Notes under the pieces: model-generated | The model's input: the letters and a program-made list of their open reading frames with translations, nothing else | Told to the model about the DNA's origin: nothing | Database searches by the model: none | Virus record (IMG/VR): IMGVR_UViG_3300007351_000034 | DNA from: a virus | DNA: 38,120 nucleotides | Strand: one strand, 5' to 3' | Part shown: positions 8,570-15,260 of the stretch, in pieces | Layout of the letters: the number at the start of each line of letters is the position of its first letter | Position numbering within the stretch: the first letter of the stretch is position 1 | Made by a program: the position numbers and the translations under genes

Positions 8570-8844
8570 TCTTCTTCTATAAAGCCATTGTCCCAAAGTA
8601 CCTGTGTGAGCTGTTCCGAAATACTCTCCAGGAAGACGTGATCCAGCTGGGAGTTCATGACGTGCAGGATTTCATGTATGACCGTGCTGAGTGTCGTGGT
8701 GTCAGGAAGCCCGGTCTTTATGTGAATCTGGTGCCTTTCGTAGTTGGTCTGGCCCAGATCACCGTCATCGCTCCCCTCCCAATGCGGTGCGAATATCAGC
8801 TCGTACTCATGGGCTCCTATCTTCAACGTCTCGGGATAGGTCAT
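8566..8844 (-). CDS. Small HExxH (HEILH) metallopeptidase-like protein
   Basis: 92 aa with VIHEILHVMNSQLDH. Shares the HEILH core with the late gene 21127-21513. Confidence 0.55.
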   Translation of the reverse strand: MTYPETLKIGAHEYELIFAPHWEGSDDGDLGQTNYERHQIHIKTGLPDTTTLSTVIHEILHVMNSQLDHVFLESISEQLTQVLWDNGFIEEE

Positions 8845-8853
8845 GGGTATAGG

Positions 8854-9303
8854 CTAGCTTGCTTTCCTGCCCTTTTGTGGGGATAACAGATTTTCCAGTT
8901 CCACAGCCTTCTCCTCCCACTCCGCAAGGAATACCCTCGTTGCCTTGTGCGCCTTAGCCTCTCGTTCCCATGCCTGCACCTTCTCCCAGCGTTCTTCCCC
9001 GATCACGAGCCGGATGATGTGCCAGTACAGTGCCCCGTGCTGTTGCTTGAAGTAGAAATGATGCCGCTGACAGAGAAGTACGATATTATCCATGTCAGCA
9101 AAGCAAGCACTGTTCGCCCTCCCAACCAGGTGCTCTGCCTGGACCACGATCTGTCCATCCTTTCGGTATGGGCCGCATTCGAAGTATTTCTGGGGCAGAA
9201 GGTGCTCCTGTTGGCGCATGACGCACTCGCCGTCTCTCTTTATCGCGTTCAGGCGTAAGAGTTTCTGTATGCGCTCCTTCGCTTTTGTCTGAGCGGACTT
9301 CAT
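8854..9303 (-). CDS. HNH/His-Me-finger-like nuclease candidate
   Basis: 149 aa. AEHLVGRANS...NIVLLCQRHH resembles an HNH core. 4-nt overlap with the upstream gene. The product call is tentative. Confidence 0.45.
   Translation of the reverse strand: MKSAQTKAKERIQKLLRLNAIKRDGECVMRQQEHLLPQKYFECGPYRKDGQIVVQAEHLVGRANSACFADMDNIVLLCQRHHFYFKQQHGALYWHIIRLVIGEERWEKVQAWEREAKAHKATRVFLAEWEEKAVELENLLSPQKGRKAS
8877..8887 (-). promoter_or_regulatory. Copy of conserved motif GTTATCCCCAC (minus orientation)
   Basis: The plus strand reads GTGGGGATAAC. It lies 32 nt upstream of ATG 8844, inside the 3' end of 8854-9303. Confidence 0.4.
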
Positions 9304-9629
9304 ACCGCCACCGGGATAGCAAGAACGGCCTTCTTCTTGGGCCGGAGCCGGTCTGCTTGTTTATATTCCGTGAGGAGCGGGTAGAACTGGCGTGGATTGG
9401 GGATCTCCCCCTCACCGTAGTAGGCCCTATAAAACACCTCCCACCGCTCCTGTGAACGAATCATCAGCCCGAACACCGTGCGTACTAAAACATCGCTCCA
9501 CCACCTGCATCGTTCTGAACACCACTTCCCGCCGTGATCCTCGCCGTAGTTAAACTCCATCCTGCACAGCTCGCAGATAGGAAACACCCGTCCCGCAACT
9601 AAGCACCGCCCACAGTCTGATTTATGCAC
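9300..9629 (-). CDS. Cys-rich zinc-binding-like protein
   Basis: GTG start per the track. N-terminal CGRC-x9-CELC plus CSERC. 4-nt overlap with the downstream gene. Confidence 0.5.
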   Translation of the reverse strand: MHKSDCGRCLVAGRVFPICELCRMEFNYGEDHGGKWCSERCRWWSDVLVRTVFGLMIRSQERWEVFYRAYYGEGEIPNPRQFYPLLTEYKQADRLRPKKKAVLAIPVAV

Positions 9630-9704
9630 ATCTCAGGTGTCTATGGATAAGACCCCGAGCACCGTGTCTGAAGCCTACGTGAAATTCCTGAGAATACCTG
9701 TGGA

Positions 9705-10025
9705 TTACGTGTTCTTGAGTTCCTTCGTCAGCATGAAGTGCTGACTGGTGAGGACTTCCTGGATATGTTCGAGCCCTTTGATCGTGTTCTTCTTCCTGGT
9801 GAGGGTCTGTCCTTCCTCGGTAGCGTCCCACGCACGCTCACACTCGGCCTGGGACTTGTAGTTCTCTCGGTTAGCGGTCATCCAGACGGCTGCCTTGGCA
9901 GATAGATTCCCTACTTCCTCATAGAAGCGGTAGAGCCACACGGCACAGAAGTTTCGATACGAAGCGATCTCATCCCCTGAGAGACCTCCCTGCTCTACTC
10001 GATTAATGATCTGTTTGAACTCCAT
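9705..10025 (-). CDS. Hypothetical protein
   Basis: Start moved to ATG 10025 (MEFKQIINRVEQ...). The longer track version (to 10154) overlaps the neighbouring gene. No domain recognised. Confidence 0.5.
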   Translation of the reverse strand: MEFKQIINRVEQGGLSGDEIASYRNFCAVWLYRFYEEVGNLSAKAAVWMTANRENYKSQAECERAWDATEEGQTLTRKKNTIKGLEHIQEVLTSQHFMLTKELKNT

Positions 10026-10029
10026 ATAG

Positions 10030-10290
10030 CTATGAGTTGTACAAGTACCCGGACTGTTCAAAGAACCACGCTTCCTGCATTCCTCGGCGGTTTGGGGAGG
10101 TAGCAGAAATCTGCACGTCCCTATGACCAGGCCGTGCAGGCTTCCGGCCCCCATCTTCGCTGATCCTCACGCTCGTACCCGATGGCAAGTACAGTTCATC
10201 GAGAACAGTGGCGTAAAGCCACCTCACGAACATGCGGGCATAGCCATCTTGTACCCGTATCCAGGGACTTTGCTTGAAAGGAAGTTTCAT
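10030..10290 (-). CDS. Hypothetical protein
   Basis: Start placed at ATG 10290 (MKLPFKQSPWIRVQDGYARMF...). The same 11-nt start context, ATAGCTATATG, is used at 10025. Confidence 0.4.
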   Translation of the reverse strand: MKLPFKQSPWIRVQDGYARMFVRWLYATVLDELYLPSGTSVRISEDGGRKPARPGHRDVQISATSPNRRGMQEAWFFEQSGYLYNS

Positions 10291-10358
10291 ATAGCTATAG
10301 GTTAGGGGTGGGTTCTCTCTCATCCATATTCAAGTTAGTTAATTACCTTCTGTGGGTG

Positions 10359-10643
10359 CTATTTCTTTGGTACGAGCATCAACGTCGAGCGGTTCACCTT
10401 GAGAGGCAGCTTATTTTCCTCAAGGAGAGCTTCTATTGTTCGCGCCAAAAACATATCCGAGTGAGTAGACGGGTGGTGGTCAATAATTCTCTGTGATTGA
10501 CCCGTTCTAAGTACGGTTTCTATCAGAGCATAAGCAATGAGTGTGGAACGTCCGCTCGCTCTTTCACCCGTGTAGAGCCACTGCAACGCAGGCAAGTACT
10601 TCTTCTGTTCTTTGGTTAGAGTTAGTTTAATTTCTTTTCTCAT
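10359..10643 (-). CDS. Hypothetical protein
   Basis: 94-aa track ORF. GERASGRST is only a degenerate P-loop-like string. Confidence 0.55.
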   Translation of the reverse strand: MRKEIKLTLTKEQKKYLPALQWLYTGERASGRSTLIAYALIETVLRTGQSQRIIDHHPSTHSDMFLARTIEALLEENKLPLKVNRSTLMLVPKK

Positions 10644-10658
10644 AGGACAGGGTGATGG

Positions 10659-10766
10659 TTAGGGGCCAACATAATCACAACCGTTGCAGTGGCGGCAGTA
10701 CATGATGTATGGGTATTCACTCCCGTACATTGAATGGAACCCAAGCCAGCAGAGTAGTTTCCTCAT
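10659..10766 (-). CDS. 35-aa Cys-containing small protein
   Basis: Encodes MRKLLCWLGFHSMYGSEYPYIMYCRHCNGCDYVGP. From memory this pattern resembles small prophage proteins of the DUF1660 type. Below the track cutoff. Confidence 0.4.
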   Translation of the reverse strand: MRKLLCWLGFHSMYGSEYPYIMYCRHCNGCDYVGP

Positions 10767-10767
10767 A

Positions 10768-10935
10768 TCATTTCTCTTTAGTACCCTCTTGGGTGTCCTT
10801 GATAAACACTTTCAAGGTGCGCCCGTCGTCCTGCACGTCCGTGACTACCTCAATATCATCCTCCCACGCGACGAACACCCGGCCGCCGCCGTATCGCTTC
10901 TCTTTCGTCCAGTCGATTACTTCGATGCGGTTCAT
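10768..10935 (-). CDS. 55-aa hypothetical protein
   Basis: ATG 10935 overlaps the upstream stop (ATGA). Encodes MNRIEVIDWTKEKRYGGGRVFVAWEDD.... Below the track cutoff. Confidence 0.45.
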   Translation of the reverse strand: MNRIEVIDWTKEKRYGGGRVFVAWEDDIEVVTDVQDDGRTLKVFIKDTQEGTKEK

Positions 10936-11084
10936 ACGCTCTGGTCATTAGTGTGGTCGTTCTGGGAGAGGGAGCGGAGACGTTTCTCGGCCTTATACAT
11001 CTCCCGTAGCACAACCTCCTTCTCCCTCGGCCCGCTCCGTAGAAGAAGCTCGCGGACGGCTTGTAGTTTCTCGTTGTTAGTCAT
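10932..11084 (-). CDS. 50-aa hypothetical protein
   Basis: ATG 11084 overlaps the end of 11077-11376. Encodes MTNNEKLQAVRELLLRSGPREKEVV.... Below the track cutoff. Confidence 0.4.
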   Translation of the reverse strand: MTNNEKLQAVRELLLRSGPREKEVVLREMYKAEKRLRSLSQNDHTNDQSV

Positions 11085-11376
11085 GGTTGCGGAAGGTTTT
11101 GAAGGCATTGTCTACTTCCTCGTCACGCCGGAGATAGCCACCGTAGTATTTTTCTCGACCCATTTCTGCAACAAGCACGTCTGCATCTTCAGGAGTGATA
11201 CGTATGCGTACACTCTCCTCAACGGCAGAGACGACTTTTTCGATGAGGGTGTCGAGGAACTGCTGCACCTCGTGATACTGCGGCCCGGAAAGGTGCGTCG
11301 CCCAATCCGCAACTCGTGCCTCCTCCCGCGCATCCCGCTGCAACTGTTTTAGGTTCATAGTGTTCTTGTGTGGCAT
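11077..11376 (-). CDS. Hypothetical protein
   Basis: 99-aa track ORF. An alternative ATG is at 11358 (MNLKQL...). Confidence 0.55.
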   Translation of the reverse strand: MPHKNTMNLKQLQRDAREEARVADWATHLSGPQYHEVQQFLDTLIEKVVSAVEESVRIRITPEDADVLVAEMGREKYYGGYLRRDEEVDNAFKTFRNHD

Positions 11377-11388
11377 GGTGGTGTGGGT

Positions 11389-11565
11389 CTATTTGCACCT
11401 GATAATGCGGAAGCCGTCCGCAGCCTCGACGGTGCAGCGATTTCCGTCTACCGCCACATCCCCACTATCAAACACCGTGGCGGTGTATAGAGGCTCTCTC
11501 GTGTAGTACGCCAGTGCGATGAGGAACAGCACGATAACCAGCACAGCGACGAATGATTTCTCCAT
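11389..11565 (-). CDS. 58-aa membrane-anchored small protein
   Basis: MEKSFVAVLVIVLFLIALAYY... has an N-terminal hydrophobic helix. Below the track cutoff. Confidence 0.45.
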   Translation of the reverse strand: MEKSFVAVLVIVLFLIALAYYTREPLYTATVFDSGDVAVDGNRCTVEAADGFRIIRCK

Positions 11566-11579
11566 ACGTCAGATAGTGG

Positions 11580-12158
11580 TTAGAGCTTTTCTGCCTCTGC
11601 CTTCAGCTCGTTCGCCTTGGCTATCAGTTCATCGGCTTTGGAAAGGAGTGCGGTCTTCTGCTCATTGTCCTCACCAAGTTCGATGTCTCCTTTGCCGATG
11701 AGGTAGTTTCCGTTCTCTATTTCAATCTCCTGCACATTCTCTCCTGACCATTTGATGCCGAAGAATAGACCTGCCTTGAGTTTTAATGTGCCGAAGACCC
11801 ACGCGTTGCCGAAGACCCACGCGTTGCCGAAGACCCGCGCGTTGCCGAAGACCCGCGCGTTGCCGAAGACACACGCGTCGCCGTAGACCTGCGCGTTGCC
11901 GAAGACCTGCGCGTCGCCGTAGACCTGCGCGTTGCCGGAGACCCGCGCGTCGCCGTAGACCCACGCGTTGCCGAAGACCCACGCGTTGCCGAAGACCCAC
12001 GCGTTGTCCTCTACCGACAAGTTCGCTTCTTCTTCGATGTACCCGCCCTTCTCACCCTTTCTCGCGTCACCGAAGTCTTTGAGTGCTTCCACTTGGAACA
12101 GTGGTTTGCCGAACGGAGATACCTTATCTGACTTGATGAGCTTGTATTTGGTATTCAT
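11580..12158 (-). CDS. Hexapeptide-repeat (left-handed beta-helix-like) protein
   Basis: About 13 consecutive six-residue repeats (GNAWVF / GDARVS / GNAQVY) follow an N-terminal LFQVEALKDFGDARKGEKGGYIE region. The C-terminus is a coiled coil. Confidence 0.7.
   Translation of the reverse strand: MNTKYKLIKSDKVSPFGKPLFQVEALKDFGDARKGEKGGYIEEEANLSVEDNAWVFGNAWVFGNAWVYGDARVSGNAQVYGDAQVFGNAQVYGDACVFGNARVFGNARVFGNAWVFGNAWVFGTLKLKAGLFFGIKWSGENVQEIEIENGNYLIGKGDIELGEDNEQKTALLSKADELIAKANELKAEAEKL
11786..12018. repeat. Tandem 18-bp repeat (GCGTTGCCGAAGACCCAC-like), about 12-13 units
   Basis: Head-to-tail 18-mers with a few substitutions. They encode the hexapeptide repeats and generate the Arg-rich artefact ORFs in the other frames. 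Confidence 0.9.
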
Positions 12159-12206
12159 GTGATAGTGGTTAGAGGTGTTTATCTTTCGCAGATCTTCGTG
12201 GCTAAT

Positions 12207-12473
12207 TTAAGAAGATACTGGGGTGATTACTTCGTGTTTGACTTTTACACCTGGGAACTTTTCACAGCCTCCGGCAACCCAATCCATAAAATCCTCGTAT
12301 TTGCCGTCCGATACCCCATATTTTCTTTTTAGCTTACCTTCCAGGTAATCGTACCCAATCCATCCAAATCTCCCGGTTGGGATTTCAGAACGCTGGGGGT
12401 CTTTCCAATACGCTTCCTTACGCACAGCCTGGTCTTCCTTCCATTCATTCCAAAGTTTTATTTCTTTCTCCAT
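12207..12473 (-). CDS. Hypothetical protein
   Basis: 88-aa track ORF on the operon strand. Confidence 0.6.
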   Translation of the reverse strand: MEKEIKLWNEWKEDQAVRKEAYWKDPQRSEIPTGRFGWIGYDYLEGKLKRKYGVSDGKYEDFMDWVAGGCEKFPGVKVKHEVITPVSS

Positions 12474-12497
12474 AGTAGTAGGGGTGATTTAGGGGGA

Positions 12498-12878
12498 TTA
12501 CTGGGAAATCAGGCCAAATGGCATTTCGTGAGCGAGCTGTTTCTTAAGGTGTTCGCGCAAGTTTCCTCGCTTGTAGTAGTTTTCTTCTTCTGGTACGGCT
12601 TCTACCACCTCATCGAGACTCCCCTTCTTAACGAGACTTGCTGACGCCTGACAATCCCATCCGGTGTAGTCACAGCCGCCTGAAATATATGCGTGTTCAC
12701 CGTCTTTCATAAGCACAATATAGTGCCAGTCTGCGCCGTCATTTTCTCCGTAGACGGCCGCAAGGACGTTATCAATATCGTTTTTGTCAACATTGGCCAG
12801 TAAACACATTTCCTTTAAGTCCCAGTCAATCTCACGTTTTTCTTCGGCATTCTGCTCTATAATTTCTTTGTTCGTCAT
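12498..12878 (-). CDS. Hypothetical protein
   Basis: Start moved to ATG 12878 (MTNKEIIEQNAEEKREIDW...). The N-terminal 96 aa of the track ORF are low-quality and overlap neighbouring genes. Confidence 0.55.
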   Translation of the reverse strand: MTNKEIIEQNAEEKREIDWDLKEMCLLANVDKNDIDNVLAAVYGENDGADWHYIVLMKDGEHAYISGGCDYTGWDCQASASLVKKGSLDEVVEAVPEEENYYKRGNLREHLKKQLAHEMPFGLISQ

Positions 12879-12895
12879 ATACAGTAGGGGGATGA

Positions 12896-13048
12896 TTAGT
12901 GTAAGGAGAAAAGCATCATTGCCAGACCAAGAAGATACGTAACAGTTGCGGGAGTTGCAGGGTCGCTGAATTTCACACCTTTCGAGCCTATATATCCGAA
13001 TATTGCGAAGAAAAGTCCACTCACAAACAACCCAATTTGAATCTCCAT
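12896..13048 (-). CDS. 50-aa two-helix membrane peptide
   Basis: Encodes MEIQIGLFVSGLFFAIFGYIGSKG...TYLLGLAMMLFSLH. Below the track cutoff. Confidence 0.35.
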   Translation of the reverse strand: MEIQIGLFVSGLFFAIFGYIGSKGVKFSDPATPATVTYLLGLAMMLFSLH

Positions 13049-13062
13049 AAGTAAGAAGTTGA

Positions 13063-13359
13063 TTAAGAGTTCTCTTTAGAGAGGAGTTCAGCGATGATAG
13101 GTTTGCATTTCTTAACCTGCTCATCGAAGATTTTTGATAGGTCGTCGCTCGTAAATTCATCAACAATATCTCCGATAGGCGTATCTCTCGTTGCAGTATT
13201 TAAGCCGACAGCCATGAACGGTATGTGCGTCTTACGGCCATTTGGATGGGTGTAAATCATCTCAAAGGCGTTTCTCAAGAATCCCCAATCATCCCGATAC
13301 TGTCTGTACTCTAGTCGCCACTCACCCTGACTTACTGTTTTCGTTTTTTCTTGTCTCAT
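13063..13359 (-). CDS. Hypothetical protein
   Basis: 98-aa track ORF with an ATGA overlap to the upstream gene. Confidence 0.6.
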   Translation of the reverse strand: MRQEKTKTVSQGEWRLEYRQYRDDWGFLRNAFEMIYTHPNGRKTHIPFMAVGLNTATRDTPIGDIVDEFTSDDLSKIFDEQVKKCKPIIAELLSKENS

Positions 13360-13694
13360 ACAAGTAGTTCTTTAGAAGGGAGGGTTGGTGACTCTTTCCC
13401 GGCGATCTGCGCGGTCACGCGGTCTTTCGTTTCCCCGAGAAAGAGCTTGTGGTCTTTATCCGTGTCCCGAAGTTCCTCATAGTCCTCCCCGGTGAGCTGA
13501 TAGTCTCGGTGGAAACCTGCCGCACGCTGGAGGTCAGGAAGAATGGCCTGGATGTGGTTCCCCGAGACCGTTCCCTCTCTGAACACACCGACCTTCCCGG
13601 TAATCTGCGCCCGGATAGCTGTCGGCAGTTCGGTTTCATCAACAGAGATGAAGTCGTCTTTGCCATAGCCAATTTTCACGCGAAAATATTTCAT
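13356..13694 (-). CDS. Hypothetical protein
   Basis: 112-aa track ORF with 4-nt overlaps at both ends. Confidence 0.6.
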   Translation of the reverse strand: MKYFRVKIGYGKDDFISVDETELPTAIRAQITGKVGVFREGTVSGNHIQAILPDLQRAAGFHRDYQLTGEDYEELRDTDKDHKLFLGETKDRVTAQIAGKESPTLPSKELLV

Positions 13695-14488
13695 GCAAGT
13701 CCCTTACCGCTAGTAACTTCCCTCTGTTGTCTGTACCTGATCCACGCCGCCTCTAGCTTCGCCCACTTCTCTTTCAGGTCATTAGGAGAGTTAATCGAAG
13801 GGAAATAGGGCTGTCGGTTGGTCTGCGGGAGTAGCTTTACGACCGCCAGAACCTTCTCAAGTCCGTACTCGGCTATCAAAAACAGGCAGGCCGCGCGTTG
13901 TGTTTTATTGCCGTAGTACGTCTTGTTCTTCGGATCTACTTCCTCGAATGACTTAATGATCGAGCTGACGAGTTCGTGCTCCCCGCGCCCCGCGCTAGTT
14001 GTAGTGTCTTCTGTAGTGTCTTGTAGTGTCTTATTAGGTGGTTCACTTTTGGGACAGCTGGTCCCATTTTTGGGACTACGAGTCCCATATTTGGGACGAG
14101 ATTCGCCCTTCAGTCCCATTTTTGCGACAAGTTTCCCAAACTTCTTATGCGCCTTGATGACCGTGATGACGCTCCCGTGCGGAGCCTGTATAAGATTTAT
14201 GTAGCCTTGATCCTCTAGGTTCTTGAGCCACCTGAAATAGGTGCTGCGGCCCACCCCTAGTTCTTCCTTGACTTCCTCATACGTCACCGGCTTCCCCCCT
14301 AATACCTTTCCAAGCCCCTCCTCACTTATCGAGGTCATCTTGTCGATGAGCCACATATAGAGCCATACGGAAATCCCCATCCGCTCGATGTGCTTGGGAT
14401 CGAGCAAGTCGTTCTTGATGGTGATTCCGTATCCCTTCATAATGTGCAGTTGGCTTGACGGGCTTGTAACTACAGATTCACTACTCAC
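13691..14488 (-). CDS. Putative replication initiator / replisome organiser (winged-helix N-terminal domain)
   Basis: PVTYEEVKEELGVGRSTYFRWLKNLEDQGYI looks like a wHTH. A repetitive linker (PKYGTRSPKNGTSCPK) is encoded by iteron-like DNA repeats. The C-terminal domain is helical. Start is GTG 14488 or ATG 14440. Confidence 0.5.
   Translation of the reverse strand: MSSESVVTSPSSQLHIMKGYGITIKNDLLDPKHIERMGISVWLYMWLIDKMTSISEEGLGKVLGGKPVTYEEVKEELGVGRSTYFRWLKNLEDQGYINLIQAPHGSVITVIKAHKKFGKLVAKMGLKGESRPKYGTRSPKNGTSCPKSEPPNKTLQDTTEDTTTSAGRGEHELVSSIIKSFEEVDPKNKTYYGNKTQRAACLFLIAEYGLEKVLAVVKLLPQTNRQPYFPSINSPNDLKEKWAKLEAAWIRYRQQREVTSGKGLA
14001..14128. repeat. Iteron-like repeat cluster inside the initiator gene (candidate origin)
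   Basis: GTAGTGTCTT occurs three times (14001, 14013, 14023). Palindromic 16-mers follow: GTCCCATTTTTGGGAC (14061), GTCCCATATTTGGGAC (14082) and GTCCCATTTTTGCGAC (14113), plus a half site at 14047. Start-to-start spacing is 21 and 31 bp. Confidence 0.55.
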
Positions 14489-14752
14489 TCATAACGCTAG
14501 ATGATTGAGTCCCCATACCTTCACAGTCATGCCCGTTATAGGGTCTTTCACCTTTCCCATCTCGATAATCCCGTCTAAGTCGTTCCTTCTCGCACTTACT
14601 ACACTCGGAGCCTCCCACATCAACCTCCTGCACGCTTCTCTGTCACTCATCGGTCCCTGTTCGATGTACAGTCGAAGCAGGGACTGACACATAACCTCCC
14701 TCGTACTAGCGATGTCGTGGTATGCACGAATGCTGGTAGAGGTGGCGGTCAT
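14489..14752 (-). CDS. Winged-helix DNA-binding-like protein
   Basis: 87 aa. The pattern SVVSARRNDLDGIIEMGKVKDPITGMTVKVWGL resembles a MarR-type recognition helix plus wing. Confidence 0.45.
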   Translation of the reverse strand: MTATSTSIRAYHDIASTREVMCQSLLRLYIEQGPMSDREACRRLMWEAPSVVSARRNDLDGIIEMGKVKDPITGMTVKVWGLNHLAL

Positions 14753-14754
14753 GG

Positions 14755-15240
14755 CTAACTCATGGCTGCCGCTGCCGCTTCTTCGAGCGAAGCCGTCTCA
14801 GCATCTACTCCATCGAACGTAATATTCTCTGGGTTAAAGGTATCTTTCGGGTATTCGACCGACGTACCCTGGACTACCTTCTTCGCCGGCTCCATGATCC
14901 CCTTGTTCTCAAGGACAGTGCGGATGTGCGAGACGGCGAGTTCAAGTGCTGTGATCTGCATAACCACCTTCTCAGGAACCTTCTCCTCCCTCGGCGGGAG
15001 CTTGAACTTCTTCTGCTCCTTCCCGTTGTACTCCTCATCGTAGACCTCGACAGTCTGCGTCGTTCCTTCCCACTTATCCGGGCAGAACGGGAGGAACCCA
15101 TTGAGCCAGGTATTTCCGTACTCGTTAGTGAGGATTCCAACCCGCCATGACTGTTTGCCGAACTTCGAGAGAATCGGAGAGCCATCAGCCTTCTTATCGG
15201 TGTAATTGACCTTGGTGATCGTAAGTTTTTCTAGTGCCAT
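14755..15240 (-). CDS. Hypothetical protein, possible ssDNA-binding (OB-like) protein
   Basis: Start moved to ATG 15240 (MALEKLTITKVNY...), which avoids overlap with the nuclease gene. Beta-rich N-terminal half and acidic C-terminal tail. It sits next to a nuclease, as in recombination modules. Confidence 0.4.
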   Translation of the reverse strand: MALEKLTITKVNYTDKKADGSPILSKFGKQSWRVGILTNEYGNTWLNGFLPFCPDKWEGTTQTVEVYDEEYNGKEQKKFKLPPREEKVPEKVVMQITALELAVSHIRTVLENKGIMEPAKKVVQGTSVEYPKDTFNPENITFDGVDAETASLEEAAAAAMS

Positions 15241-15260
15241 ACAGTGTTCATTAATGCCTT

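Noticed and set aside
10684-11352. 222-aa plus-strand ORF
   Set aside because: It lies opposite a continuous chain of translationally coupled minus-strand genes (11077-11376, 10932-11084, 10768-10935, 10659-10766). Its sequence is low-complexity with no motif, so it is most likely a shadow ORF.
11722-12082. Arg-rich ORFs (11722-12000 minus, 11786-12082 plus) and a possible CRISPR-like array
   Set aside because: Both are alternative-frame readings of the 18-bp tandem repeat. The repeat is head-to-tail with no spacers, so it is not a CRISPR array. The hexapeptide frame is the biologically sensible one.
12498-13166. Full-length 222-aa version of this minus-strand ORF
   Set aside because: The N-terminal 96 aa overlap gene 13063-13359 and a better small membrane ORF (12896-13048), and they look non-protein-like. 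An internal ATG at 12878 gives a compact 126-aa acidic protein.
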